In this document: one piece after another, positions 49,669-59,241 of the stretch
Layout of the letters: every line of letters starts with the position of its first letter
How positions within the stretch are numbered: the stretch's first letter is position 1
The notes under the pieces: generated by a model
Databases searched by the model: none
What the model was told of the DNA's origin: nothing
What the model saw: the letters and a program-made list of their open reading frames with translations, nothing else
Position numbers and translations under genes: made by a program
Assembly (NCBI GenBank): GCA_050506795.1
Contig: JBJHCF010000006.1
Span: 32,001-96,000 of the forward strand
Direction of reading: 5' to 3'
DNA: 64,000 bases
Origin: Opitutia bacterium
Lineage (GTDB): Bacteria; Verrucomicrobiota; Verrucomicrobiia; Opitutales; T3Sed10-336

Positions 49669-52331
49669 TCTTCATCGTCCTCTTCGTCCCCGGCGATTAC
49701 AAGATTCTGGCGCCACCAGACAGTGTTCACTTGGTACTCCACAAGTTTTTCGGGCCTTCTATTCGAGCCGGGGTCTCCCGGAAAGCTGATTCCATAAGTA
49801 GGCAAAAGGACCTCTTCGGTGGCCTGCTGATCTTGTTCCGGATTGACGAGCGTGAGCATGAGAAGAGGATGACGGCCCGGTACTTTGCGGTACTCTTTAT
49901 CGGGAACATTTCGGTTACCGTAGGCCGTCTTGATCTGCTCGATCTGTTCGTCCTTCAATCCAGCACGCTCATCGCCGCGCGACGCAATCCTTCGCTTTTT
50001 GAATTCGATCTTATTCCCGTTCTTGGACAGCACCGTCCGCTGGACAGGAGTGATTTCACGCTCACCGACAGTTACGGAACGCCCGTCAGTGAGAGAGACG
50101 GAGCGGAGCAAAAGGTCGAATTCATCGCCTCGCTGGACCCGCAACCATTCGATATAATCCAGCAAAGGCTCTGGATAAGTCAGAAGGCTCTCGGGATGGT
50201 TGTGAAAGCTTTGCAGGACCGATTTGACGATGGAGCCTGGCAAGCCCTTCCAAAACCAGCCCAAGCCTCTGATCCACGTCGCTGACTTGATCTTGTCGGC
50301 CTCCCGGACTGCACTGGCAATTACTTCCCTGTTCTCCGCCAAAGCCTCCTCATTCGCCAAAATAACGCTTGTCTCTGCGAGTCTCCCCTCCAGAGAGATG
50401 CTGACCGGCACCTGATGAGCCGAACGCATCTTGTTACGGGCCGTCACGATCAGGGCAGCAGGATGGCTGCGGACACGGAGTCCGAATTCCAAGGGAGTCA
50501 TGCGAGCCAACTCCATTCGCTTGAAGTCGTGGCGGAGCTCTTCGGTTGCCTCTGCAATGTGCGCGTACCAGGAGGCCGCCTCACTGGTCATGAAGATCCG
50601 GCACACGTCAGCATAGCCATCGCGATAGCCGAACCACCGGCCCATTTGCATGAGCGTATCGTACATAATGCTGTTCCGGAGGAAGTAGCTCACAAGCAGC
50701 CCCTCCAATGTCAGACCCCGGGAAAGGCCCAGTCCGCCGACTGCAATCACAGTCCGGCCAGTTGGGTATGCATCCCGGCTATAGTCCAGTTTTGAGGTGG
50801 AGGCGGAATTCACACTAATTACCTCGATGGGGTCGACAGAGGCCTTCAACTGCTTCTGAACGTCAGGCCAATCGAATTCGGTGCTTTGATACTCCGTCTC
50901 CCACACTTCAAATAGTTCCCGGAGCAACCGATTCTCCAAGGCTTCGTCCATGGGAAGACCTGCGTAGTTTCCGATCGCTTCCCGGCGCAGCTTAACCTCA
51001 TCGAGAATCAATCCGCTAAGTAAATTCTGAACGCCAGTGAATCTGCTGGCATTTACCATCATGGAATGATGTTGCTCCGTTTGGCCACGAAGCAGGCGGA
51101 TTGTCTTGGCCAGAATAAAAACGTTGATCGCTCTCGAAAGGGAGTTTGGGAGCTGGGTCGGCCTGAAATCAATTTTGTGCCGGAGAGGAAGCAAATCCTC
51201 ATGGTCATCGACTTCGCGAACGCAATCGAGGTCCGTCTCTTCTCCAAAGACGCGATCAGCGCCAACGTAGTTGTCCGGCGGGTCCAGGCTCAAAATGAAA
51301 TCACGTGGAAAAAGATCACGGTATATCTCTCCGTTCTCCATTTCGTCCTCGCTCTCAGGGTCGATAAAAATATTGGCGAAGGGAGTTGCCGTGTAACCAA
51401 CAAAAGATGATCGGTCAAAAAGCGCCAACAGGTCACGGATTGCCCTGTTGATGGCGGTCGGGTCGCGGTCCTCCTTGTTCGTATTGATCGACGCGTGGTC
51501 AGCTTCGTCATCGATCAAGAGCATGGGAAACTCCTTCAACTGATAGCGATTGTGCTCAACAAGCCAGTTGCGGAGGTTCTCCAATGTCGACTTGTTCTTT
51601 TTCAGGATAAGCAGAACGGGCTCCCTGAGGGCTCCTAACTCCAATGCGATTGCATTGGCCGTAGCCTTTTTAAAATCCTCCAAGCTCGTCGTAAAACAGA
51701 CGGGGCGTCGCTCCGTGCCATACTTCGCTGCGCCGACGTGCTTTCTCGTCCTTGTGCACCAGCCCATAAAATCAAAATCGAGCCTCTCCTGTGTCTGATT
51801 CCGAAGCGAGTTCAGAAGGCCGGCCAAAACAATGATGACCTTGTAGCCTGAATCAGCAGCCTTGGCAATGAGTCCCGTGTAGTTCGCGGTTTTACCGGAC
51901 TGGACGTGGCCCACAACCAGCCCTTTTCGAGCCCACTTTCCTTCTTTTGACGGATCCTCCAGATGATCCAATATTTTGTCCGTCAACGCATCCAAGGTTC
52001 TGACGACATGCGGAGGAAACCCTTTCGCCATCAGCAACTGGCGATACCGCTTCCAATAGTACCAGTCGATATTCCCTTGCCTGGCTCCCAACCAGGGACG
52101 GTAGTCCTCTGCCTGGAAAAGCGCGCCAATACCCATTCTAATGTCGTACAGCGACTGGACTCGCCTGCTGGCTTCTTCGAGGTCTTCCTCGGAGTATGGA
52201 GTTGAAGCCGTAAGTGAAAGCACCTGGGCATGGGCGTGGACAAGGCCGTAGAGCTCGGTTTCATTGGGAGGATCTTCCCGAACTTCCAAGGCGTCGGTAA
52301 CGTGGTAAACCAATCTGTCTAAATCAGCCAT
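49665..52331 (-). CDS. Z1-domain endonuclease/SF2 helicase-like protein
   Basis: GLVVGHVQSGKTANY, IDDEADHAS, YTATPFAN, LSRGLTLEGL, YDTLMQMGRWFGYR. Confidence 0.92.
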   Translation of the reverse strand: MADLDRLVYHVTDALEVREDPPNETELYGLVHAHAQVLSLTASTPYSEEDLEEASRRVQSLYDIRMGIGALFQAEDYRPWLGARQGNIDWYYWKRYRQLLMAKGFPPHVVRTLDALTDKILDHLEDPSKEGKWARKGLVVGHVQSGKTANYTGLIAKAADSGYKVIIVLAGLLNSLRNQTQERLDFDFMGWCTRTRKHVGAAKYGTERRPVCFTTSLEDFKKATANAIALELGALREPVLLILKKNKSTLENLRNWLVEHNRYQLKEFPMLLIDDEADHASINTNKEDRDPTAINRAIRDLLALFDRSSFVGYTATPFANIFIDPESEDEMENGEIYRDLFPRDFILSLDPPDNYVGADRVFGEETDLDCVREVDDHEDLLPLRHKIDFRPTQLPNSLSRAINVFILAKTIRLLRGQTEQHHSMMVNASRFTGVQNLLSGLILDEVKLRREAIGNYAGLPMDEALENRLLRELFEVWETEYQSTEFDWPDVQKQLKASVDPIEVISVNSASTSKLDYSRDAYPTGRTVIAVGGLGLSRGLTLEGLLVSYFLRNSIMYDTLMQMGRWFGYRDGYADVCRIFMTSEAASWYAHIAEATEELRHDFKRMELARMTPLEFGLRVRSHPAALIVTARNKMRSAHQVPVSISLEGRLAETSVILANEEALAENREVIASAVREADKIKSATWIRGLGWFWKGLPGSIVKSVLQSFHNHPESLLTYPEPLLDYIEWLRVQRGDEFDLLLRSVSLTDGRSVTVGEREITPVQRTVLSKNGNKIEFKKRRIASRGDERAGLKDEQIEQIKTAYGNRNVPDKEYRKVPGRHPLLMLTLVNPEQDQQATEEVLLPTYGISFPGDPGSNRRPEKLVEYQVNTVWWRQNLVIAGDEEDDEE

Positions 52332-53841
52332 GTGCCGTACATTCCTCCGAGATTAATTGCTCAACGAGGTCGGGAGAAAGTTTCACCGTCTCGATCTTCA
52401 AAAGCTGCTGCTTGAGAGCATCCCCTGCGAAGCCGGCGTCGCGGAGAGCCTGGATCAACTGAAATATGATTTCACGAGACTCCGATTCAGTTACAGCAGG
52501 AGCCCATTCAAGTTCGTCGTTCGCCGCATCCGCGAAATGAAGGTCGGTCGGAAACGAAGCCCCGATAAGCTTGAGGCAAGTCCGAAAAGAACGCTTTTGT
52601 TCGTCGCCCAACTCCCCCAAGAGCCGAGAGATGAGCGGATGGTCCTCGTTCACCATGTAAGAGACTTGACCGGACTTAATCTGACGCCGCCAGACTGGAA
52701 TGTTATGTCGGGTGGCCACATTCGTTGCACGCTTGGTGAAGACGCGCCGACCAGCTCCCGCAATCTTTTCGATCACCTTGCGGAGTTCCCGACGCACGGC
52801 TTCTGGAGGATCAGCTTGTGACTTCTTGACATCCAGCTTCCAGAGATGATCGAGCGTATTCGGAATGTCCACGCGAACCCGAATCAGCTTGTTCAATTCC
52901 TCCTTCCGTATCATTCGAAACCAGGTTCCCTTGATAATTAACCGGCGATTTCGGTAGAGGTAAAACCCCTGATTTTCCAAGTAACCCTCTGCCCCACCGT
53001 ACCGCTGATACTCGGCTCGTGAAAGCTTTGAATGGTGCGGAAGGACATAGGCTTGCACTTGAACCGTGTGACCATGGATCGGGATTGAAAGACTCGTTAG
53101 TTCCTGGCGAGCTAATGCAGGAGGTCCGAAGGGGTCGAAAGACTCCAGCCGCGACCCATTGAACCGAATCACAACTGGCGCTTTCCGTCTCCCAGGAGAA
53201 AGGAAACGATGAAAGACCATCTCCAGATGCTTCCGGGCTATTGCCATCGCTTCAGAAAAGCCGTTTTCACCAGAGCTGAACTGGGAGTTTCCAAGAAGAG
53301 GGTCAAGGTTTCGCCATAATACGATTGTCCCAGCCGGCGTCTGCTGAAGGTGACGCTGCACGAGGCCGTCTAAAAAAGAATCGGACCCAATGTCGTCGGC
53401 TAATAAAAAGTGTGCACCCCATTCAGTGGAATCCTGGCCAGTGATTTCATCGATGTCCCACTCACACGCATGGATGCTACCTTTTTTCTTTGAGATCACC
53501 GTCAGGTGCCGCGATTGAGAGATGGACGCGGTCTTCATCCCCAACCCGAACCTACCCAGATCTGACGCAGCGCGCGCTTCTCTGGGAGACATGCTGCCAA
53601 ACCGCATTCCTTCCAGCAAATCCTCAGCCGACATGCCGTGGCCATTGTCGATAACAGCGATCCAAGGATTGCCTTCGTTCCAACGAAATTCGACGTCGAT
53701 TTGCTTGGCCTCTGCAGAGAGGCTGTTATCGACTATATCGGCCAGTGCAGTCTCCAGCGAATATCCAATGCTTCGCAAGGACTCCAGGATTGATGCAGGC
53801 CTCGGGCTAAGATCAACTACTTTTGGGCGACGAAAAACCAT
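52324..53841 (-). CDS. MORC/MutL-like GHKL ATPase
   Basis: GYSLETALADIVDNS, DNGHGM, DLGRFGLGMKTAS, GFYLYRNRRLI, W.LDVKKS. Confidence 0.92.
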   Translation of the reverse strand: MVFRRPKVVDLSPRPASILESLRSIGYSLETALADIVDNSLSAEAKQIDVEFRWNEGNPWIAVIDNGHGMSAEDLLEGMRFGSMSPREARAASDLGRFGLGMKTASISQSRHLTVISKKKGSIHACEWDIDEITGQDSTEWGAHFLLADDIGSDSFLDGLVQRHLQQTPAGTIVLWRNLDPLLGNSQFSSGENGFSEAMAIARKHLEMVFHRFLSPGRRKAPVVIRFNGSRLESFDPFGPPALARQELTSLSIPIHGHTVQVQAYVLPHHSKLSRAEYQRYGGAEGYLENQGFYLYRNRRLIIKGTWFRMIRKEELNKLIRVRVDIPNTLDHLWKLDVKKSQADPPEAVRRELRKVIEKIAGAGRRVFTKRATNVATRHNIPVWRRQIKSGQVSYMVNEDHPLISRLLGELGDEQKRSFRTCLKLIGASFPTDLHFADAANDELEWAPAVTESESREIIFQLIQALRDAGFAGDALKQQLLKIETVKLSPDLVEQLISEECTAHG

Positions 53842-53955
53842 TTACCTTATTGGGGATAGAAGCACAGGATCAATTGGTTTGTCCAGAAAAACAGCGCCCA
53901 TCTTGCCATTGGAATAGACGTGCCGAACGGGACCGGACGAAGATTGCATTTGCGC

Positions 53956-56196
53956 TTACAGCTTCCGGACCATCGTTCCCAGAATCGGATGGGCGATCTC
54001 GTGCCTGGGCACGCGGATTGGTTCGTAGTCGGGGTTGTCGGGTTCGAAAATCCAGTGGTCGGCGTCCTGGGTGAGGCGTTTGATGGCTTCGGTGCCGTCG
54101 GTGGCGGCGCCGAATTCGGGGAGGTTGGCGATGACGATTTGGCGGCCGCTGCGGGGGGTGCGGTGGTATTCGAAGATGACGAGGTCGCCGATGTTGAGGG
54201 TCGGCGTCATGGAATCGCCCGTGACCCGGACGACGAAGCGGCGGTGTTTGGCCAGATGGGGCGGGACCGCGATCCAGTCGAGCTCTTCGGTAGCGGTGAG
54301 GTCGCCGGTTTCAAAGCCATGGAAGGGGCCTCCGGCGGCGAGCGTGGCGACGAGTGGAAGGTGGGTCTTGAAGGCGCCGTTGCCGACTTCATGGAAGGGC
54401 AGGATATTTGGGCCGGCGTCTGCGGGTGCCGGTTCGCCCGCGAAGACTTGTTCTTCACGAACCGGGTAAGGAGGTGGCGAGGGTTTGCGGCGGGGTGCTT
54501 GGGAGCGCGCTCGTGCGGTCGAAACTTTCGGGTCCCACCGGGGAGCGCCGCGTTGGACGGCCGTCACTTCGAAGGCCTCGACGAAGCGGGTGAAAAGTCG
54601 ATTCTCCCAGTTGCCGCGCTCGAAGCGGTCGCGCCCGAGGAGGGATTGCGCTTCGCGTTCGAAGCGTTCGCCAAGGGCGTTGTCGAGTCCCTGCCAAACA
54701 TCGATGATGCGGTTGCGACGACGGTGCAGGAGGTCGTAACTGGGAAGCCGGTCGCTCTTGTTCGAGTTGGCCTTTGGATCGGCGGGGAAGAGGTTCCAGA
54801 GGTCATTGTTGCGCCAGAGAGCAAAGGGCATGGCGTGATCGACGGCGAAGCTCTTGTCCAGCCGTCGGTCCGTCCAGACGCAGACGCGGTCCCGGAGCGC
54901 CTCGAAGTAACGGCGGGCGTCGTGGACGTTGCGTTCGGCGTCGGGGACCTGCAAAAGGCAGTCGATCACCTGGCTGGCCCGGACGCCGTCGTTGATTTGT
55001 TCGGTCAACTCCGCCCACCGTAGGAGAGTGGCGTCCTGTATCCAGTTTCCGGTGAGGCAAAGCTCCCGCCAGAGGGATGCGGTCATGGTGATCGCGGACG
55101 CATCCGGATCGTAGGTGAAAACGAGGTGATCGCCTCCTCCAGCATGGCGGACCGGCATCCTGATTGAGTTTTTGACCTGTGAAATTGCCTTTCGGAATAG
55201 TCGCCTCGCGTCCGGACTGAAGCGATCGCTCTTCCAATCGACGTAAAAGGCAGGGAGCCCTCCGATGTTTGCGTATTGCCTAATCAGAGCGTTCAGGGGC
55301 GGGCGGATCGCGACATCGGACCCTGACTTATTGGTCCCCTGCCAAATCGGCGTCTGGGAAGCGAAAATCGGCCAGTAATAGAGAATCCATTTTTCCGCGA
55401 CAGCGGCGAGTGGAACCAGAACTCTGTCGTCCGGCGTGAAGGTGGCAACGTGGTGCTCGGTCTGGGCGATCTCGGCCAGGGCGCGAAAGAGCGCCAGCTT
55501 GTAGGTGGCGACCTTTTTGTCCCGGTTGAGAATGCTCTCGACGAGGTTAAGCGGACGATCCGCGGTCTCGTCCAAGCGGGTGAAAACCGTGATGTTCCAT
55601 GTGTATCCCGGACGGCCGAGGCTGTCGGGGGCGTCTTCGGTGCTTTTGACGGCGAAGCCGACGCGCTCGAAGAGGAGGCGTAGTTTTGCGGGAGGGAGGT
55701 CGGTGAAGAGGCGTCCGGCTTCGTCGCGGCGGGTTTCGGGATCGATTCCCGGACGGCTTGAGGGAATGGAGACCAGGAGCGTGCCGCCGGGACGGAGAAC
55801 GCGCCGGAGGCTGTAAACGGCGTCGAAGATCGCCTCCTCCGGAAGGTGCATCAGGACGGCGGAACAGAGCACGCCGTCGAACTCGTTGTCCTCAAATTGC
55901 GTCAGGTCGGGGAGAGCGGCCGGAAAGAGGCGGTTTTCCGGGGAAAGCCCCTTCTTCCGGATAAGCGCTTCCGCCTCCGCCAGCATCTCGGGCGAAGCGT
56001 CGACTCCGTAAACGTCCTTGCCCTGGCGCAGAAGGTGGACGCAGTCGCGTCCCGTGCCGCAGCCGGCGTCGAGGATTTTGCGTGCTTTCTCAAAGGCCCG
56101 GTCGAGGGTGGCGAAGTAGTCGGAACCGCCGCCCTGATAATCACCCGCCAACCGGCTGGCGTTCCGGGCGTAAAAGGCTGCGGTCCGGGCGTCCAT
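53956..56196 (-). CDS. Fusion: SAM methyltransferase + HNH nuclease + LexA/S24 peptidase
   Basis: LDAGCGTGRD..CSAVLMHL; ATYKLAL..YYWP; CVW..DHAMPF..NDLWNL..N..KSD; LPLVATLAAG, GDSM, IKRL, PDNPDYEPI. Confidence 0.85.
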   Translation of the reverse strand: MDARTAAFYARNASRLAGDYQGGGSDYFATLDRAFEKARKILDAGCGTGRDCVHLLRQGKDVYGVDASPEMLAEAEALIRKKGLSPENRLFPAALPDLTQFEDNEFDGVLCSAVLMHLPEEAIFDAVYSLRRVLRPGGTLLVSIPSSRPGIDPETRRDEAGRLFTDLPPAKLRLLFERVGFAVKSTEDAPDSLGRPGYTWNITVFTRLDETADRPLNLVESILNRDKKVATYKLALFRALAEIAQTEHHVATFTPDDRVLVPLAAVAEKWILYYWPIFASQTPIWQGTNKSGSDVAIRPPLNALIRQYANIGGLPAFYVDWKSDRFSPDARRLFRKAISQVKNSIRMPVRHAGGGDHLVFTYDPDASAITMTASLWRELCLTGNWIQDATLLRWAELTEQINDGVRASQVIDCLLQVPDAERNVHDARRYFEALRDRVCVWTDRRLDKSFAVDHAMPFALWRNNDLWNLFPADPKANSNKSDRLPSYDLLHRRRNRIIDVWQGLDNALGERFEREAQSLLGRDRFERGNWENRLFTRFVEAFEVTAVQRGAPRWDPKVSTARARSQAPRRKPSPPPYPVREEQVFAGEPAPADAGPNILPFHEVGNGAFKTHLPLVATLAAGGPFHGFETGDLTATEELDWIAVPPHLAKHRRFVVRVTGDSMTPTLNIGDLVIFEYHRTPRSGRQIVIANLPEFGAATDGTEAIKRLTQDADHWIFEPDNPDYEPIRVPRHEIAHPILGTMVRKL

Positions 56197-56451
56197 TCGG
56201 GATTTAGATAAACGGCAAATAGGTTTTTTGGGAAGGGGAAAGTGCGTTCCGGCGCCTGCGGGAACGCACTCCAGGTTTTTCGTGAGGCGGCGAAGGTAGA
56301 ACTAGAAAACTGGAATCGGGGAAGGGGCGAATTCACCGCGGTGTTGGACCCGACCGGGCGAGTCACGAATTCACTACGGGATTGTGGGTTCTTTCGGTTA
56401 CAAATCCATCCTTGATGCAGGATGGTTCAAGCACCAGTCTTTACAACGTAA

Positions 56452-56591
56452 ATGAAGCTACCCCGATCCGAATCGGCAATTGTCGAGAAAGACAAACTCG
56501 TCGGCTATCTCCTGAAATCCGATCCATCTGGCAGACGAATCAGGAAACGCTTGCACCGAGGTTGATAACTGCGTACCCTTTGAGTGAGTGA
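56452..56591 (+). pseudogene. DUF6883-like toxin remnant, internally deleted
   Basis: MKLPRSESAIVEKDKLVGYLL is joined out of frame to IRSIW....PRLITAYP. Confidence 0.6.
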
Positions 56592-56821
56592 TGATCAAGG
56601 AACATGATGGCATTGTGCTGACTTCCGATTTGCCGGAACAGGGATTGCGGGCCGGTGATGTAGGGGCGGTCGTCCATATCCATGCGGGTGGCGAGGCCTT
56701 CGAAGCGGAGTTCCTTTCGTTGACCGGCAAGACGATCGCGGTAACAACCGTTTCGGCCTCTCAATGCAGGCCAGTCAATTCGAAAGATATCACCCACGCC
56801 CGAGAATTGCGATCGGCGTAG
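56588..56821 (+). CDS. DUF4926 domain protein (putative antitoxin)
   Basis: EHD.IVL..DLPE.GL.AGDVGAVV...FEAEF....G.T.AV. Confidence 0.82.
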   Translation: MMIKEHDGIVLTSDLPEQGLRAGDVGAVVHIHAGGEAFEAEFLSLTGKTIAVTTVSASQCRPVNSKDITHARELRSA

Positions 56822-56855
56822 AATCGATTTCCAACAAGGATCCGGTGCCCGGGGG

Positions 56856-56965
56856 CCTGGGTGAGGCGTTTGATGGCTTCGGTGCCGTCGGTGGCGTTGC
56901 CGAATTCGGGGAGATTGGCGATGACGATCTGGCGGTCGCGGCGGGGGGTGCGGTGGTATTCGAAG
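56856..56965 (-). repeat. Diverged 110-bp copy of 54066-54175 (S24 peptidase fragment)
   Basis: Aligns without gaps from CCTGGGTGAGGCGTTTGATGG to GTGGTATTCGAAG. Confidence 0.88.
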
Positions 56966-57093
56966 CTCGACTATTTGCGATGCCCAAAAGTGGCATCTGG
57001 AAGGTCGAGCACGTAAATCGCACTGGGGAGGCGTTTCCCGAATGGCAGCGATTCAACCGCTTGTCGAAATTCTTGCGCGTTCACAACAGTGCT

Positions 57094-57750
57094 TCAAATT
57101 TTCCAGAACTCATCGCCGTTCTCGACTTCATTCGTCTTTGCATCCTCCGGGGAATCTGAGGTGGTTTGGCCAGTATGATCGTGTCGGCTGCAGCCATCCT
57201 CAATTGGCAGTTTGCTCATGGATCGCCTGGTCTCAAGGAAATCACAAATGTCTTTCCAGCTTGATTCGAGTATCTCCAACTGCTCTTGATCCAGGGAAAA
57301 TGACCGGGTTGGGGTTGAAAAGGCGAGCAGTGTAGTACCGTTGTATTCGCTTTCGAAAATGGAGACCGGCGCGGAAGTACTGGCTCGGTCATTCGCCTTG
57401 GCGGGCGCCGAGGCATAGGACTTTGGTGAGGGTGGCGCTTGCTCAGCGCTCTCAATCCCCTCATACGCCAATAGGCTGGTTCTCAGCAGGTGTCCGAAGC
57501 TGACGCCTTCCTGTTTCGCAGCCTTTGACAGCTTGTCTCGAAGCTCTGCATCTATGCGAAACGAAATTTGCTTTCGCTCTTCCTTTCCGGCATCGAACTT
57601 AGCAAAATCGACTCGTGAAAGCACTTCTCGAATGACATCACTGGTCGATTTGTAACGACCGCTGGCACGCAATTCCTCAATCCTGGCGAGTGAGGTTGCA
57701 TCGAGATCGACGGTGAGTGGCGCTTTCTTAGGTTTTCTTGTTTCATTCAT
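57094..57750 (-). CDS. Tandem ribbon-helix-helix (CopG-like) regulator
   Basis: LTVDLD....IE.L......STSDVIRE and QISFRI...LRDKL.KAAK..GVS.G.LLR. Confidence 0.7.
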   Translation of the reverse strand: MNETRKPKKAPLTVDLDATSLARIEELRASGRYKSTSDVIREVLSRVDFAKFDAGKEERKQISFRIDAELRDKLSKAAKQEGVSFGHLLRTSLLAYEGIESAEQAPPSPKSYASAPAKANDRASTSAPVSIFESEYNGTTLLAFSTPTRSFSLDQEQLEILESSWKDICDFLETRRSMSKLPIEDGCSRHDHTGQTTSDSPEDAKTNEVENGDEFWKI

Positions 57751-57858
57751 GGTTGATGGCAAACAACCAGCACTGTACCGAAGCATCTGCGTGGAATTCA
57801 AACGGCAAAATGGTTGGCGCAGGGACCCTGTCGGACCATCAACACCTGATTCCTGGGC

Positions 57859-59241
57859 TCACAACATGCCGTCTCCCGCATCCTCCCGCCAGGCGTACCA
57901 GTCGCCAATCCCGAGCCGCTCGGCGAAGGCGTCGACCATTTTCCACTCGTCCCCGTCGGGCAGTTCGGAATCGAGTTCCCGCCAGAGGGAATAGAGTTTC
58001 CGGCCCTCGTTGAAGGCGGGGAGCTTCGCATAGGTCCCGGCGTTGGCGGTCGCTCCGCCGTAGAGATCGTCGGTGAACAGGGCGTAGGCGGTGTTGAGGG
58101 CGTCGTTGTAGCGGAGGATCGCTGCGGGGAAGGTTTCGCGGACTCGGGGCGACAGGGTGCCGGTCCGGGCCTCGTGGGCAAGCTGGGCGATCCCGCAGAA
58201 CTGCGCTTGTTTGAGTTCGGGGTGGTTCTCGCGGATCTTGCGCTCGATCCGCATATCGATGGCGCAGTTGTAAAGCAGGCTGGTGATACCGTCGAAAACC
58301 TGGGTGAAGAGCTGATTGATCGCGTCGGAATCGAAGCCTTTACGGCCGAGGGTGGCGAGGGGACTGGCCAGAGTCTCCCGGGCCGCCGTACGCTCGCGGT
58401 TCGAGGCCGTGAACCACATGCTCGCTCCACGCTTGCGCGCCGCGCTTTCCAGGATCACGTGGTAGAGTTCGTGGGCCTGGAGGTGGTGTTTGAGAATTTC
58501 GGGGAAATCGCCGCTTCGTAAAATGAGCTGGTGGTGGTCGAGCCCGTGTTTCCAGGCCATGCGGATCTTGGCGCCGATGTGCTGGGGCAGTTGACCCGGC
58601 GTTTCCTTGACCGGGTAGCCCGAGAGCTCCTCGGTCTGTCGGCGAAGGTCGGTGACGGCGCGGAGCGATTCGTCCTGGCGGTTATTCGCGAGGATGTTCT
58701 CGACCTTGATGAAGGTGGAGCGGGCTTCCTGCAGCATGGCGGCGGCCCGGGCGTCCTCGTGGTCGGATTCGTGGAAGAGGACTTCGAAGGCGGCCTCAGC
58801 CCCGGGAAAATCTTGTCGGCGAACGTACACCATGGCCTTGCCGTAATGGGCGTTGGCGAAACGCGGGTTCGCCTTGAGCGCCAGGGCGAAGTGCCGGAGG
58901 GCTTCCTCCTCCCGGTCCTCTTCGAGGTGGGCGGCGGCGAGGCTGTTGTGGGCGTAAGGATCGTCCGGGGCGATCTCGATGGCGCGTTCGAGCAGCGTGG
59001 CGGCCATCTTGGGGTTGTTTTCGAATTTCGAGTAGTGGTTGGCCAGAATGACGTAACTCCAGTGGTCGTCGGGAGTGACCCGAAGGGGGTGGCGGAATCT
59101 GTCTATGGGGCGGTGAATATACGGAGCCCTGAGGAACGGTGGGTCGTCTGGGCTACCGGGCGGACAGAACGATTTTTCAAGCTGGGGCGGGTTTCTCCGG
59201 CGAGTGGGTGATTCATTCCCGGGCTGTGGGGATCTCCACAA
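57859..59241 (-). CDS. TPR protein with an HExxH motif (5' end uncertain, probably truncated)
   Basis: TPR helices (AIEIAPDDPYAHNSLA, ALKANPRFANAHYGKA); AHELYH. Confidence 0.65.
   Translation of the reverse strand: MWRSPQPGNESPTRRRNPPQLEKSFCPPGSPDDPPFLRAPYIHRPIDRFRHPLRVTPDDHWSYVILANHYSKFENNPKMAATLLERAIEIAPDDPYAHNSLAAAHLEEDREEEALRHFALALKANPRFANAHYGKAMVYVRRQDFPGAEAAFEVLFHESDHEDARAAAMLQEARSTFIKVENILANNRQDESLRAVTDLRRQTEELSGYPVKETPGQLPQHIGAKIRMAWKHGLDHHQLILRSGDFPEILKHHLQAHELYHVILESAARKRGASMWFTASNRERTAARETLASPLATLGRKGFDSDAINQLFTQVFDGITSLLYNCAIDMRIERKIRENHPELKQAQFCGIAQLAHEARTGTLSPRVRETFPAAILRYNDALNTAYALFTDDLYGGATANAGTYAKLPAFNEGRKLYSLWRELDSELPDGDEWKMVDAFAERLGIGDWYAWREDAGDGML

Noticed and set aside
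53920..55023. 367-aa plus-strand ORF
   Set aside because: Antisense shadow of the MTase-HNH-S24 gene in GC-rich DNA, with no motifs.
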